In this document: positions 11,939 to 23,456 of the stretch, in pieces
Numbering within the stretch: the first letter of the stretch is position 1
How the letters are laid out: every line of letters starts with the position of its first letter
Assembly (NCBI GenBank): GCA_008632985.1
Contig: QPGO01000126.1
Span: forward strand, 186,001-239,979
Direction of reading: 5' to 3'
DNA: 53,979 bases
Source of the DNA: Psammoneis japonica
Taxonomy: Eukaryota
Notes under the pieces: generated by a model
What the model saw: the letters and a program-made list of their open reading frames with translations, nothing else
Told to the model about the DNA's origin: nothing
The model's database searches: none
Program-made: the position numbers and the translations under genes

Positions 11939-12181
11939 ATGGGCTGCTCGAAAGAAACTCTAAGAATCATTGCCGCCGTTATCATCTTAGCAATCATCAT
12001 AATTGCTTTAATTATCATGATGGAAGCGGAAGCGCTGGGAGACCGAGAAGAAAACTTTGGGGCGTACATTGCGGTAGGTATCGTTGGTGCAATTCTAGCA
12101 TTCTGTGTCTGTACTTATATTTGCCCAAAAGGCGATGCTACACGATGGCATCCACAAACACTCAACCTGGGACCTCTGTAG
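11939..12181 (+). CDS. 80-aa two-TM membrane protein (family member 3)
   Basis: MGCSK..EAEALGDREENFGAYIAVG..CVCTYICPK aligns with the protein at 2946-3230. Confidence 0.7.
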   Translation: MGCSKETLRIIAAVIILAIIIIALIIMMEAEALGDREENFGAYIAVGIVGAILAFCVCTYICPKGDATRWHPQTLNLGPL

Positions 12182-12394
12182 CTACATATCAACTTCGTCC
12201 TAAATTGCTGGATCGGAGACGACGCAGGGAGCAAATCGCACATGGGTGAGGATGATAATATGGCGAAACAAAAATTATTTCTTTCTAAGTGTCTAATCAA
12301 AAGTTTTCTATTCGAAAACAGCAGTCCTTCCAATCAAAGTCCTTCAAAGACGTTCTTGCTTGGTGCCCGCAATCTTCAATTTCTATTCTCAATT

Positions 12395-12790
12395 TTAATC
12401 CTCTAATTGTACTTGTTTCCCAAAACTGAAATCTGATTCTGGACTTGTCCATGACAGTGACTTGGACCACTCTGATGATGAATGAGAGTTTAATGGTTCT
12501 GCTCCAACAAAGTCGTTTTCGGGCGATGTAAAACTTATGGTCTTGGACCATTGTTCTGGTTCCTGAAGGTTACTTCGTCGTTTGGCTTCTTGAAGAAAGA
12601 GCTTTTGCGACCATTCCGGTCTGTAATGGTAAATGGCTCCGTGGTTGAAATCTGATTCGGGGCCCGCATAGGACATGGTGCCGGACCAATGCCAAGAAGT
12701 TGTTGACATCATCATTGCTGCTTGACGCAACATCAGGTTGTTACTCAGCATTGTTCTTGATTGAGCGAATCGTTGTAATAGTAGTGTCAT
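12395..12790 (-). CDS. 131-aa protein with three WS-x-x-h-S-aromatic-x-x-PE-x-DF repeats and a mitochondrial-type presequence
   Basis: Repeats are WSGTMSYAGPESDF, WSKTISFTSPENDF and WSKSLSWTSPESDF. The N-terminus is Arg/Ser/Leu-rich and has no acidic residues. Confidence 0.7.
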   Translation of the reverse strand: MTLLLQRFAQSRTMLSNNLMLRQAAMMMSTTSWHWSGTMSYAGPESDFNHGAIYHYRPEWSQKLFLQEAKRRSNLQEPEQWSKTISFTSPENDFVGAEPLNSHSSSEWSKSLSWTSPESDFSFGKQVQLED

Positions 12791-13139
12791 TTTGTTATTC
12801 TCTGTTGTTTCAATGAGAAGACTTGTTTTTGGCGATAATGTTCTTGTTTTTTGCGTTGGATGTGGAATTTGTGAGAAGGATTTTTGCAATGGCATTTCTC
12901 GAGTCTTTTTAGTGTGGCGCACGAATGATGCAGATTATTGGGGTTCGCATCCGTGTCAGTCGGATATCAATTATTGGTACAAAACCTACGTAAATCGTCG
13001 TATGTAATATCTTGTGTAGGGACATACGAGTTGAAGAATTCTGCAAGAATGCATCTGGAACACAAAAGAAGCTCGCCAAGAGGTTGGCGCGAACGAAATG
13101 CCTTCTCGTTTTGAATGGTCGCGGGCCTCGTCAAGCTAA

Positions 13140-15360
13140 AAACGTCACCTCCAATGGTGGCAAGCTCATCTTGGCATCTTTGACAGTTCCGCCAACTTGA
13201 GTGTTGCCACAATGAAAGACTTTGATGCCACCAATGTCAGCCAGCAGTGGCCTGGTGCATCATTGAGACTTGACCTTTGACCATCACCAAAAGCGCCTTT
13301 TCAAGTGGCTTCACCCGCCAGCAAAATGCCGCTGACAGCCCATCCCTTGGTTTGTCAAGACCATGCTTGCAGGCAACAATGGCCACAACTGAGTCTCTCG
13401 ACCTTGGTTTTGCCACTTTCTTTTTTCCCTTTGGCACTTGTGTTTTTTCAACTTGAAGGCACAAACAACAAACAGTGCGCACTCTCGTCATTTTTTTGTG
13501 AGGTGCTTTCTTGTTGAAAGAGGAGTTGAGGCAGTGGCGCTGCAACTTGGCCTTTCACCATTCTCAAAATCCAAACTTGCCATTTCTTAAATGACATGAT
13601 CTGCCAACAGAAGCCTTCCCTGTCTGCTTCTGTGTGCCACTTTGTTCATCATCGGCAACGGGCTGACCCTTCTTCCTCCTCTGCGAGCGTGGCCTCAGCT
13701 CAAAAGGCAGCAGCAGTTTTGATTGCAGCTGTTTGCCACCCAACTGTGTCATCCTGACCCATTGCTGCTAAAAGTGTGACAGCATCAATGCAGAGAGCCT
13801 CTTCTCCTCTCGAGACCAAGTTGACGAGGCAAACCCAGCGCGCGAGTGGCGCCAAGCAAAGTGCAAGCCAAAGAGTTTGGCTCGCTGGCAATCTCCTTCA
13901 GCTTTCTCATGTCTGCCATGCTTGGCCACCACTTCACCCCATCTGCATTGCAGTTCACTGCAACAGAGTCAAAGTTGCTGCCACACAAAGCTCGGAAGTT
14001 TTCATCACATTGTCGGGCAACAAAAAAATGACATCAAGCAATGAAGCAGCGGCTTGATCTTGGCTGGCCTCCTGTCAAGACTTTGAGCTGGATGAAATCT
14101 GGAGTCAAACCAAAGCACACAAGGTGGGGGCTTTCAAGCCATTTTCACTGGACATCAACAGCACCCCTCTTTGTCACAAGGGCACCAGTCAAAGCTGAGA
14201 GTTTGACGAATTTAGCATGCCTGACATTTCTGCAGCAAAAGCTGCAAAGGCTCAATCCATGTAAAACTGACATGTCATCTTTTGGAACAAGAGCCCATCA
14301 ATTCATGGGCAAATGCCTGCATGTGCTGCCCAAAACCTCTCAAGCTTTCTGCTCAATGGGTCCAGAAGATCACCCCATGGCACAAGTCCTTTGATGTCCA
14401 AGAAAAATGGAGCAATGTGTTGCAATTTTTGTGGGCTCCATTGTTCCATGGTGAGCCTCCTCTGGTGCCAAAAAAAGATTGCAAATGCCCTCAATTGATC
14501 AAACCCCTGATGCCAAAGCTCCTCGTCACACAACGTGGCCACACACTGGTTTGTCTGAAGGGCATTTTGAGCACAGATGTGTTCTAGTCCCAGGTGACAC
14601 ACTCTCATGTGCGCAAAGGTTTTGAATGTAAAATGCTCAAGTGGATGGGCTTCTGCAGGCATTTAGAGTGTGAACACACAAACAGTTTTTTTGTTGGCAT
14701 TCAATTCCTCATGGGAGATGCACCACAAACTCCCTCTGCTGCAGACTCAACATTGATTGTGCGACAGCACATTGAATGCAGATTTTCAGTTGCAGGCATG
14801 ACACCTGCCAGAAGGTCTTGCAGAAAAATCATTTAATTTGACATTCAAATGACGGCCGAAAATCATCCGTTGTGTTGCGATTCGTTTGTCGCAATGTAAA
14901 ACATGGACAGCACAAAAACAATGATGTTGCAACACTGACGCGCAAGCCTTGTCAGTGTTGCAAAACATGCAATTTTGTGTGAATCTATACTTTTGGTGGT
15001 GAAAGCTTGTTCACAAGTGAGAAACCACGCAAAAATCATGCAAATGTCATTTTTGTGCACGATTTGGGTCATGTGCGGCTGGAACACGTCCACAACATCA
15101 TGTGGAACATCACCAAAAAAGCTTTTTTGGCAGTTCAAAGCATGAAAATTTAGCAAGAAACTGGCAAGTGTCCATGACAGAAAAGAAGTGCACTCAATTG
15201 AGGCACACACCACCGATTCGCTGATGCACTCGAGCAGTGCACAAAAGCTCGACACAGATGGGTTGACAGGTTCGGCGTGTGTGTGAAGTGAGTCTGTGCT
15301 GGAAATGGCTGCAGTGGAAAAGGAGACACAAACCAGCATTCTCCTCTTGGTCGTGATGGT
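13140..15360. repeat. TpA-depleted degenerate repeat block 3 (family not recognised)
   Basis: Few TpA and dense Cys/His-rich spurious ORFs between two normal genes. Confidence 0.7.
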
Positions 15361-15746
15361 GTCTCGTAGTGGAAATTGGTTGACATTGTAGCACCACTGA
15401 GGGCAGCGATTTTTTGTCGCGGTCGTTCTTTTCGTCCCGTAAAGGCACTCGAAAAGTGAGACCGAAGTTGCTCAAAACAGACCCGAATGTGGCTGACGTC
15501 AACATGTGAGGACGTGGCGCATTTTCTGTCCGATGGTGAAGCATTTTTTTTTTTCAAAACAAGAAACAGCGAAGGCCACTGTATTAGTCAGAAACCAACT
15601 CAGAAATGGGATGCCTTCACGAAAGCGTGTGCGATTCCTTGATGCCTCTCTCTCTCGTCTCTCTTCGGGCATGAAGAATCCGTCTATTCCTTCACAACTC
15701 CAACTACGAGGTAAGAGAAGTTGACAGAACCGATGGAACTGAAAAG

Positions 15747-17291
15747 ATGCGCTTGATCCCCTCTTGGCAAGCAACAACTGCTTTGCTGTCCCTGTCGAAT
15801 CCCGACAGGATGGCAGAAAAGACAAGCTCATCTTCTAAAACTCGCCCCACCGTGAAACCCTTGATTTTGGGTGGCGGTTTGGCCGGTCTGGCAACGGCCA
15901 TGGCGCTGAAAAACCGCGTCCCTGGCATTCAAAACATTCAAATCTGGGAAGCGAGCGATGAGGCCGACTTTTGTGACGTGTACGCCGGTGCTGGTGCGCA
16001 ATTGGGTCCCAATGGATTGCGAGCCCTACAATGGATTTGTGGAAGCGATAATGACAACAACAACAACGATATTCTGCAACAAGTCATGGATGCGGCGAGT
16101 CCCTTGCGTGGCAATGCCATGATTTTACCTGATGGCAACGTCATGGCCATGCCCGACACGACAGCCAATGATGTAGCTGACGGGTTGCCCCATGTGTTTG
16201 TACGATGGGGTGTCTTGCGAAACTTGCTTCTACAGGCACTCATCAATAACGACGAAAGCAAGAAGAATGACTTTACCGTCACTATTCAAACTGAAAGCGG
16301 TAGAAATGTCGCCGGCTATCGACACTTGAATGACGACGAAGGGCACGTCCAATTGATAGATGCCAATGGCGACGACTTGCCCCATGCACCATGCAACTTG
16401 ATTATTGGTGCCGAAGGAGTCGCCTCTACTATGCGCTATCTCGTCAATACACAACAACAAAAAGTACCCAAGGACGACAAAAACTTGACGCTTCGACAAG
16501 CCGCCAAGCTGCACATTCGTGATACAGGACGCGTCAATCTCAAGGCCATTGTGCGCAACGACTTGGCCAACTACTTTGACAACGACGAGGAATATCTCGA
16601 GAATCACACGTACGCCTGGTTTGCTCCTCCCGAATCGGGTTTGGGACTGGGATGCTTTTGTGGACCCGCCGGGCCGGGTCACTTGTATTGGGCCATTTCA
16701 GTCGCCGATGACGCCAAAACGGGAAAACGCTTTCTCGAAAAGAAAGATCAAACAAATATGCACATCGAAGACATCAAAATTGCTCTCTTGAATTTGCTAC
16801 AAAAGGCACCCGGTGCGTCCGAGGCCATCCCCTTTATTCTGCAAGCCATTACGGATACGGATGCGAACCGCATTCGCGTGTCGCGTTCGGAAGAGAGTAC
16901 CGGTATGGGTCCGAACTTGACGAGTCGCGATAATCGCGTCGTGCTGGTGGGAGATGCCGCACACGCCATGTCCCTCTCGTACGGACAAAATCCCAATTTT
17001 GCCCTTGAAGATGCTGCCGTATTGGCGTCTTGTTTGCAAGAATGTGGCAACGACTGGATAAGTGCCTTGCAGGAATACAATACCAGTCGTTTGGAACGGT
17101 GCATGGAAATGCAACAACGCAGTGACGAACGGGCACGCAAAGCCATGAAAGGCGAAGCGACAGAAGATGTGTCCAAATGGATTTTTCAATGGGATGTCAA
17201 AGGCAAAACAAAGAGCACCGCAGAGGCAAACGGTGAAAGCCAGGCCCAGGACAAGAATTCCACGCAGGCCGGGGTTTCTGTAGAATCATAG
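15747..17291 (+). CDS. FAD-dependent monooxygenase (group A aromatic hydroxylase / zeaxanthin-epoxidase-like fold)
   Basis: Contains GGGLAGLATA, GAGAQLGPNG, IIGAEGVAS (DG-motif variant) and VLVGDAAHAM..GQNPNFALEDA. An alternative start lies at ATG 15810. Confidence 0.88.
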   Translation: MRLIPSWQATTALLSLSNPDRMAEKTSSSSKTRPTVKPLILGGGLAGLATAMALKNRVPGIQNIQIWEASDEADFCDVYAGAGAQLGPNGLRALQWICGSDNDNNNNDILQQVMDAASPLRGNAMILPDGNVMAMPDTTANDVADGLPHVFVRWGVLRNLLLQALINNDESKKNDFTVTIQTESGRNVAGYRHLNDDEGHVQLIDANGDDLPHAPCNLIIGAEGVASTMRYLVNTQQQKVPKDDKNLTLRQAAKLHIRDTGRVNLKAIVRNDLANYFDNDEEYLENHTYAWFAPPESGLGLGCFCGPAGPGHLYWAISVADDAKTGKRFLEKKDQTNMHIEDIKIALLNLLQKAPGASEAIPFILQAITDTDANRIRVSRSEESTGMGPNLTSRDNRVVLVGDAAHAMSLSYGQNPNFALEDAAVLASCLQECGNDWISALQEYNTSRLERCMEMQQRSDERARKAMKGEATEDVSKWIFQWDVKGKTKSTAEANGESQAQDKNSTQAGVSVES

Positions 17292-18142
17292 AAATTTTCA
17301 CAGCAAGAACGAAATAAACCAACTTTGATAACCTTTTGCAGTCACAATTGCGAGAAACTTTTTACTTTGTTTATTCAAAAATGCTTGCTCCACAACTTGT
17401 GAGTCCTGCCGTTTGTCTCATTTTCTTCACCACGTTTGATCCAGTCGCGAAGAGAAGCGCGAAACCTACTGAGTGAGGTAAAGTGGGTATCTTTCGAAGT
17501 GAACATTTCCACGATCATATAGAAGACATTTTGTATATGTAGATAGACTATCGGCGTCAACTTATTCTGCGAGATTGAATTAAGAGACAAAAGCGGGTGC
17601 AAGCAGGATTCTAGTTTTTGATCGTTTAGCAGACTAAAAGTTGTAGTTCTGGCGTCTCTATTACCAATAAAGCTAATCCTTGGTGAATTGATAACCTGAC
17701 GATATTGAGACGTTATGGACAATTCCTTCAATGTTCATAGAGTTAGAAGAAACGAATGCGCTTTGTCAGATAAAGATACCGTGTTGGCCTTACGGTGCAC
17801 TCTCACTCTCTCTTCTGTCTCTAGGGACACACATTTACTCCACCGTAAAAATGATTTCCAACTACTGTATTGAAGGGTAGTAGAAAGGGCGACCTATGGT
17901 AACTATGGTGCCATGTACCAAACTTCCTGTCTGTAAAGAGCAATAATAAAACAGACTTCGAGGATGATAGACTGTACTGTATGGCAAATTCTCTTCAATG
18001 CCTACTACTCACCGGTAGAAGGCAATAATGTTACGCCTTGCACATTACACTACTTCTAATCAAATCCTAATAATTACAATATCCATGCCCAACCATCTAC
18101 AATACCAACCGAATTCCATCTCACCCATCACTCATTCATAAC

Positions 18143-19059
18143 TTACGCAAGTTTCTTCTTGATATGCGCAATGGCCTTTCCTGGGTTCAAATGCTTGGGA
18201 CAAACCTTTGTGCAATTCATAATGGTATGGCACCTGTACAGCTTGAACGCATCATCCAATTCCGCAAGACGCTTCGAGGTGGACCCATCTCGGGAATCCT
18301 CAATCCACCTGTAGGCTTGCATCAAAACGGCAGGTCCCAAGTACTTGTCGGCATTCCACCAATACGACGGACACGCCGTGGAGCAGCATGCACAGAGAAT
18401 GCACTCGTACATACCATCGAGCTTGGCCCGGTCTTCGCGGGTTTGCAAAAACTCGGCTTGGCCCTCTTGTTTGGGCGCCGCCGGTTGCAACCACGGTTCG
18501 ATCGAACGGTACTGTTCGTAAAAGTTCGACATGTCGGGCACTAAATCCTTCACCACGTGCATGTGCGGGAGCGGATAGATCTTGGTGGCACTGGCCGAGT
18601 CGTCAATGTAACTCAAACACGCCAACGTGTTGGTGCCGTTGATGTTCATGGCGCACGATCCACAAATGCCTTCGCGACAGGACCGACGAAAGGTCAAGGT
18701 CGGGTCTTGCTCGTTCTTGATCTTGATGAGCGCATCCAACACCATGGGACCGCAGTCATTTAAATCAACCGGATAAGTAGACTGCGAAAGACCATTGAAA
18801 GAGTATAAGTGTGAGTATACCATGACATAGGACAATTCAAGTCAATATAACAGTGAGACATGTCAATCACGAAATAACATATTCTTACCAAATACGGCTT
18901 TTGACTTTGCTCTGGATCCCAGCGATAAATCTTGAAGTACTTGATTCGTTCGGCTTGAACTGTCGCTGCACCACTTGTCTTTAACGACGCTTCCGTCGAT
19001 AAAGCTCGGAGAGCCACCACTCGAGTGGATTGCTTTGCAAAACTAGAGGCAAGCATCAT
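18143..19059 (-). CDS. SDHB: Succinate dehydrogenase iron-sulfur subunit, join(18143..18781,18889..19059), 269 aa
   Basis: Contains [36 protein letters not shown] and [13 protein letters not shown]. The GT-AG intron 18782-18888 keeps the frame, and there is a mitochondrial presequence. Confidence 0.97.
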
Positions 19060-21251
19060 GGTGGCGTTCGAGTTGCAATATGAACGACAGTAACAACAAC
19101 ACAGCAACAAGAAGAGCGAGAAGCAAAGAAGATGCGTCGATCATGTGCACGACAGATGCCGCAGAAATCCGTTGATTGGAGGATCGTTGTCTTCGGGGTT
19201 CGCAAGTGACGTCAACAATTCTGTGTGGAGTTCGCAAAGTAGGATTAAGACGACTAAAACATCCATTGCTTTCAGACTGTGTCGTGCCATTTTCTCTTCT
19301 CTCACACTTCATGTGCACATGCCTTCACTCATCTGCCCCATTCTCCAACTTTTGGCAAGACAAACTAAAAAATGCTCCAATTGGCCATGGGGCAGTGCAG
19401 CCACCTGCCATGATTTGACAAAAACAGAGCAGCATCCCCCCATCATTTCGTGGCGCACTCCTCAAAAGCACTTTTGCACAAAAATGCTTGTGCCAACACC
19501 CCCACGTCACCACGAAAAATTGTTTGACGACATGCAAGAGCATCTGCCACAGAGGAGAGTCTTGACAAAAATGGCAACAAAAGAGAGAGAGAGGGGTGCA
19601 TGTGCTTTTTTTTCTCTGAGAAAGCACCCTCGGGAACACTGGGCACACACAGAAATTGTGGGTTGCTGGCTCTTCGGTGAGAAATGCTGCGGCACACATC
19701 ATGAAAAAAGGAACTTTGCTGCCAGACAAGGAGTGTTTGGGGGACATCTCCAGCCAGCCACTGGCTAAAAAAATTCTGTCCGTCAGTGCATTGGGGGCAC
19801 AACATTTTTGACATTTTGGAATTTCATCTAATTTTGATCCTGGGCCAAGAGCAACGAGCGGCACATGTTTCACCATGATGGAAGCTCCAGCGCATTGCCA
19901 ACAATGTGCAGCAGATGTTGCTGGCATGCATGAGATGCTGAGAGTTGAGCTCAATCCTTGTGGCCATCTTTTGTGTCTTCGCTGTCTTTCAGAGCTGGAA
20001 GCGGCTCGAGGAAAGAACTCGCTTCAGTGCACGGTTTGCGACCATGCTGTCACCAGCCATCAAATTTAGAGAGCACCAACAACAAAAAGTTGAAAAAGGA
20101 CAGGATGGAAGAGAGCAAGGAATGTTGATGGAGATGAGCTTGAGGTGCAAGAGATTTCACGAAGCATCATTCATCATTGAGCCTCACGAGGTTGTCGATG
20201 CGCACTTTGTCCGTGGCTGGCAAATTTGAGAAAGATGGGTGAATCAGATCAAAGAGGCTGGGTGGGAAATGGATTGTTGGCAAATGTGATGCACAAGATG
20301 TCATTTTCTGAGAATCACCAGCTTGAGCTGCAGAAGCTCCAGCAAACTCTGTCTGCCAATGCCGAGTTCCTTCCCTCAGCGACTGATGAACAAAACTGTG
20401 TTGACACCAATGTTTGGCTCCACTCGGCTGTGGCACCATTGTTGTGCACTTTGTTAGAAGGCAACGAGGAAGAGGGGCATTCAGTCATGCAGACTCCTGA
20501 CAATTTGCTTTGGCATGTGGCAAATGTTGATTCACGGATGCTCGGGGAGGGTTTTTTTGCAATGAGCACTGGCCATGTGCCACATCAAAACATCAACCTG
20601 AAAGATGCCGGGCACCAGTCCCAGGTTTTTGCTGTGGCCATCTGCCAAGATCTGACAGTCTGTGCAGCAGATCCAAAGAAGGACATTGGTCATGCTGCAA
20701 ACACTCTGTCATTTCAAGTTCAAACAAGCCAACAAACACAGCTTTGTGAGCTCTTGGCGAGGATGAGACTTGTCAGCAAGTCTTGCAGTGCACTTTCACA
20801 TGATCTTTGTAGAAGGGCAGCAGAGGCAATGGCTCAGCGCACTGACCTTGGAACTCACAAGCCTCTTGTTTGTTCTGGGGACGATGTCAACATGAAGGAC
20901 GGTCAGGGCGGTGCTGCTGAACAGACAGCAATGCCTTTCAGGTGCCTCCGATTGGTGAACTGCCCTGCAATCAGGATCCTCCGCTTGATCGAAATTGCAC
21001 CGATTGGAGCAAATGGATGAAGGAAAGCACTGCTGACAAAGTCCTGGCAGTGTTCTTGCCAAGCAAAAAAGACACACATGAAATTGGGGAAGTGGCATTG
21101 TCTGACTTCACTGCCATTCTGCGTGACCTTAACGCGATGCCGTGGGGGGTCGAGGAGTGCAACAAATTGTGCTCTCCTCCACATTTGTTTGTCACCACCA
21201 AGAAGATCCCACATCTTTGGCATGTTGGCAACAAGCCAGATGTTCAACGAC

Positions 21252-22277
21252 TGTCATGTATCCTACCCAAAGTGCGAGCTCCACATATAGATGAGATGCC
21301 GTCATGCTGCCTGACGGTTACCGGTAAGCCTCTTTACCATCTCGCTCGCTCAGTGGGCACTTTAATGTCTTAACCATTGAATCAACTAGTACATCGCCTA
21401 CGTGGACATATCACCACACGCGACATCCTCCTTACTAGTGACTTCAATGTTCTTCGTTCACAACGATCCTCCTCGTTCCTATGTCAAGTCGGTTGCTCTG
21501 AGATTCCTGATTCCCAAGTCAGAGAACCGGTCTGTACACCGCTCCTTCTCATCCCTTCGAACAGAAAGTCTCTTTCGAGTTTCGAACCTTCGACCTCTTT
21601 TGACTTCACCGCCAATCAGAACTTTCAGCTGCTCAGACCTCGTCTTGCATCCGCTGTGCCAGGAAGCTATGTAGGNNNNNNNNNNNNNNNNNNNNNNNNN
21701 NNNNNNNNNNNNNNNNCCTACATAGCTTCCTGGCACAGCGGATGCAAGACGAGGTCTGAGCAGCTGAAAGTTCTGGTTGGCGGTGAAGTCAAAAGAGGTC
21801 GAAGGTTCGAAACTCGAAAGAGACTTTCTGTTCGAAGGGATGAGAAGGAGCGGTGTGCAGACCGGTTCTCTGACTCAGGAATCAGGAATCTCAGAGCAAC
21901 CGACTTGACACAGGAACGAGGAGGATCGTTGTGAACGAAGAACATTGAAGTCACCAGTGAGGAGGATGTCGCGTGTGGTGATGTGTCCACGTAGGCGATG
22001 CACTAGTTGATTCAATGGTTGAGACATTAAAGTGCCCACTGAGCGAGCGAGATGGCAAAGAGGCTTGCCGGCAACCGTCAGGCAGCATGACGGCATCTCA
22101 CCATGTCATGCATCCTGCCCAAAGTGCGAGCTCCATGTGTGGATGAGATGCCGTCACACTGCCTGACGGTTGCCGGCAAGCCTCTTCACCATCTCGCTCG
22201 CTCAGTGGGCACTTCAATGTCTTGACCATTGAATCAACTGGTGCATCGCCTGCGTGGACATGTCACCACACGCGACA
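21252..22277 (-). mobile_element. LTR retroelement with 174-bp LTRs (21252-21425, 22104-22277); interior collapsed or rearranged
   Basis: TG...CA direct repeats flanked by the duplicated target AACGAC (21246-21251, 22278-22283). On the minus strand, the purine tract AAGGAGGA abuts the left LTR and TGG follows the right LTR. Confidence 0.8.
21676..21716. other. Assembly gap (N run) at the centre of an inverted duplication
   Basis: 41 N. The segment at about 21290-21675 reappears reverse-complemented at 21717-22099. Confidence 0.95.
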
Positions 22278-23059
22278 AACGACTTTGTTCCAGTTGGCAG
22301 GATTGTGAGGAAAGGATTGTTGAGAAGATGGTCGAAATCAATGCCACATGGAACAAAAACCACATTCATCCTTGTCCAATTCAGAATGTGACATTTGGGT
22401 CACGGGGGACTGTGTGCGGCATCGTGGGTGCATTGAATTGTCAAGCTGATCATCAGATGGCAGCATGCAAGAGTGCACTCTCACAAGGCCTTGACATGCC
22501 TGCACTTGGGGTGCCAATGTCTGCCGATTCTGCACTCTTTTCAGCAGATGGCGCAATGGCAGAGATGATGGGCCGGATGTTGGACGAAGATGCGTCAAAT
22601 GCTGTCCAAAAGTGCAGCAAGTTAGTTGTCGTTCCCGGTCCTTTCCATTGGAAGAATGACACTTTTAAAAAAGCCAATCATTCAAGTGAAGATTGGGCCA
22701 CACATGTTGGAGACCAGTTTGCTGGAAAGGATGGGGAGAGTGCCTTGGACAAATTTTGTTGTTTCTCACTGACTTCTCTGACCCAACTGTCCCCAAAATG
22801 TGGATTGAAGCGGCAATGGCAGCAGTTCCAGCTGCAGTCTGTTGGAGCATGAAGGCATCAGGAAGGCAGCAAGCATCACCAGCTGATGCTTGTGACTGGA
22901 TGATCGAGCGAGCAATGGAAAGCCCTCAAACAATGAACCTCGTTCAAATGCATTTTGGTTGTCTTGTCATGAGGCACTTCAAATGTGCACTCAGAAACAA
23001 TCTGTGGGATCGACACTTGAGTGCAATTTGATTGAGCACGCCATTGCAGGCTGTGATGC

Positions 23060-23456
23060 GACGCGCTCCAGCTCTGGGTGGGACCTTGCACCACTGCACT
23101 GTGACATCAACAGTTTTTTGGATCGCGTCGCATGTCACACACGTGCATTTCTACGTGTTGTGTTCTACGAAATTGTTTCATGCTCCCTGTTTTGCAAAGC
23201 CAAAGGCTTTCTATTTTCAACATTCATGAGAATGAAAATGTGCTGGGCATGTTCTTTGATGTCTGAAGAACACACCCGGGCAAACTGTTGATGATGTGCT
23301 GCAAGCATGGAGGAGGAGATGCGTTCGTAAAATTGCCTCTTTTTCTGTTGGCGATCATGCATTTTTTCATTGCAGTGTGAATTTGCTGCAGAGCTTGCGC
23401 GCAGAATTCTACAGGCCCAATGTCACACGGAGTCCCACCTGGGACTGGAACCCGTC
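23060..23456. mobile_element. MITE copy 1 (GACGCG-TIR family, diverged interior)
   Basis: Ends gacgcgctccagctctgggtgggac and gtcccacctgggactggaacccgtc. Flanks are ATGC and GTGC (3 of 4 match). Confidence 0.75.
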
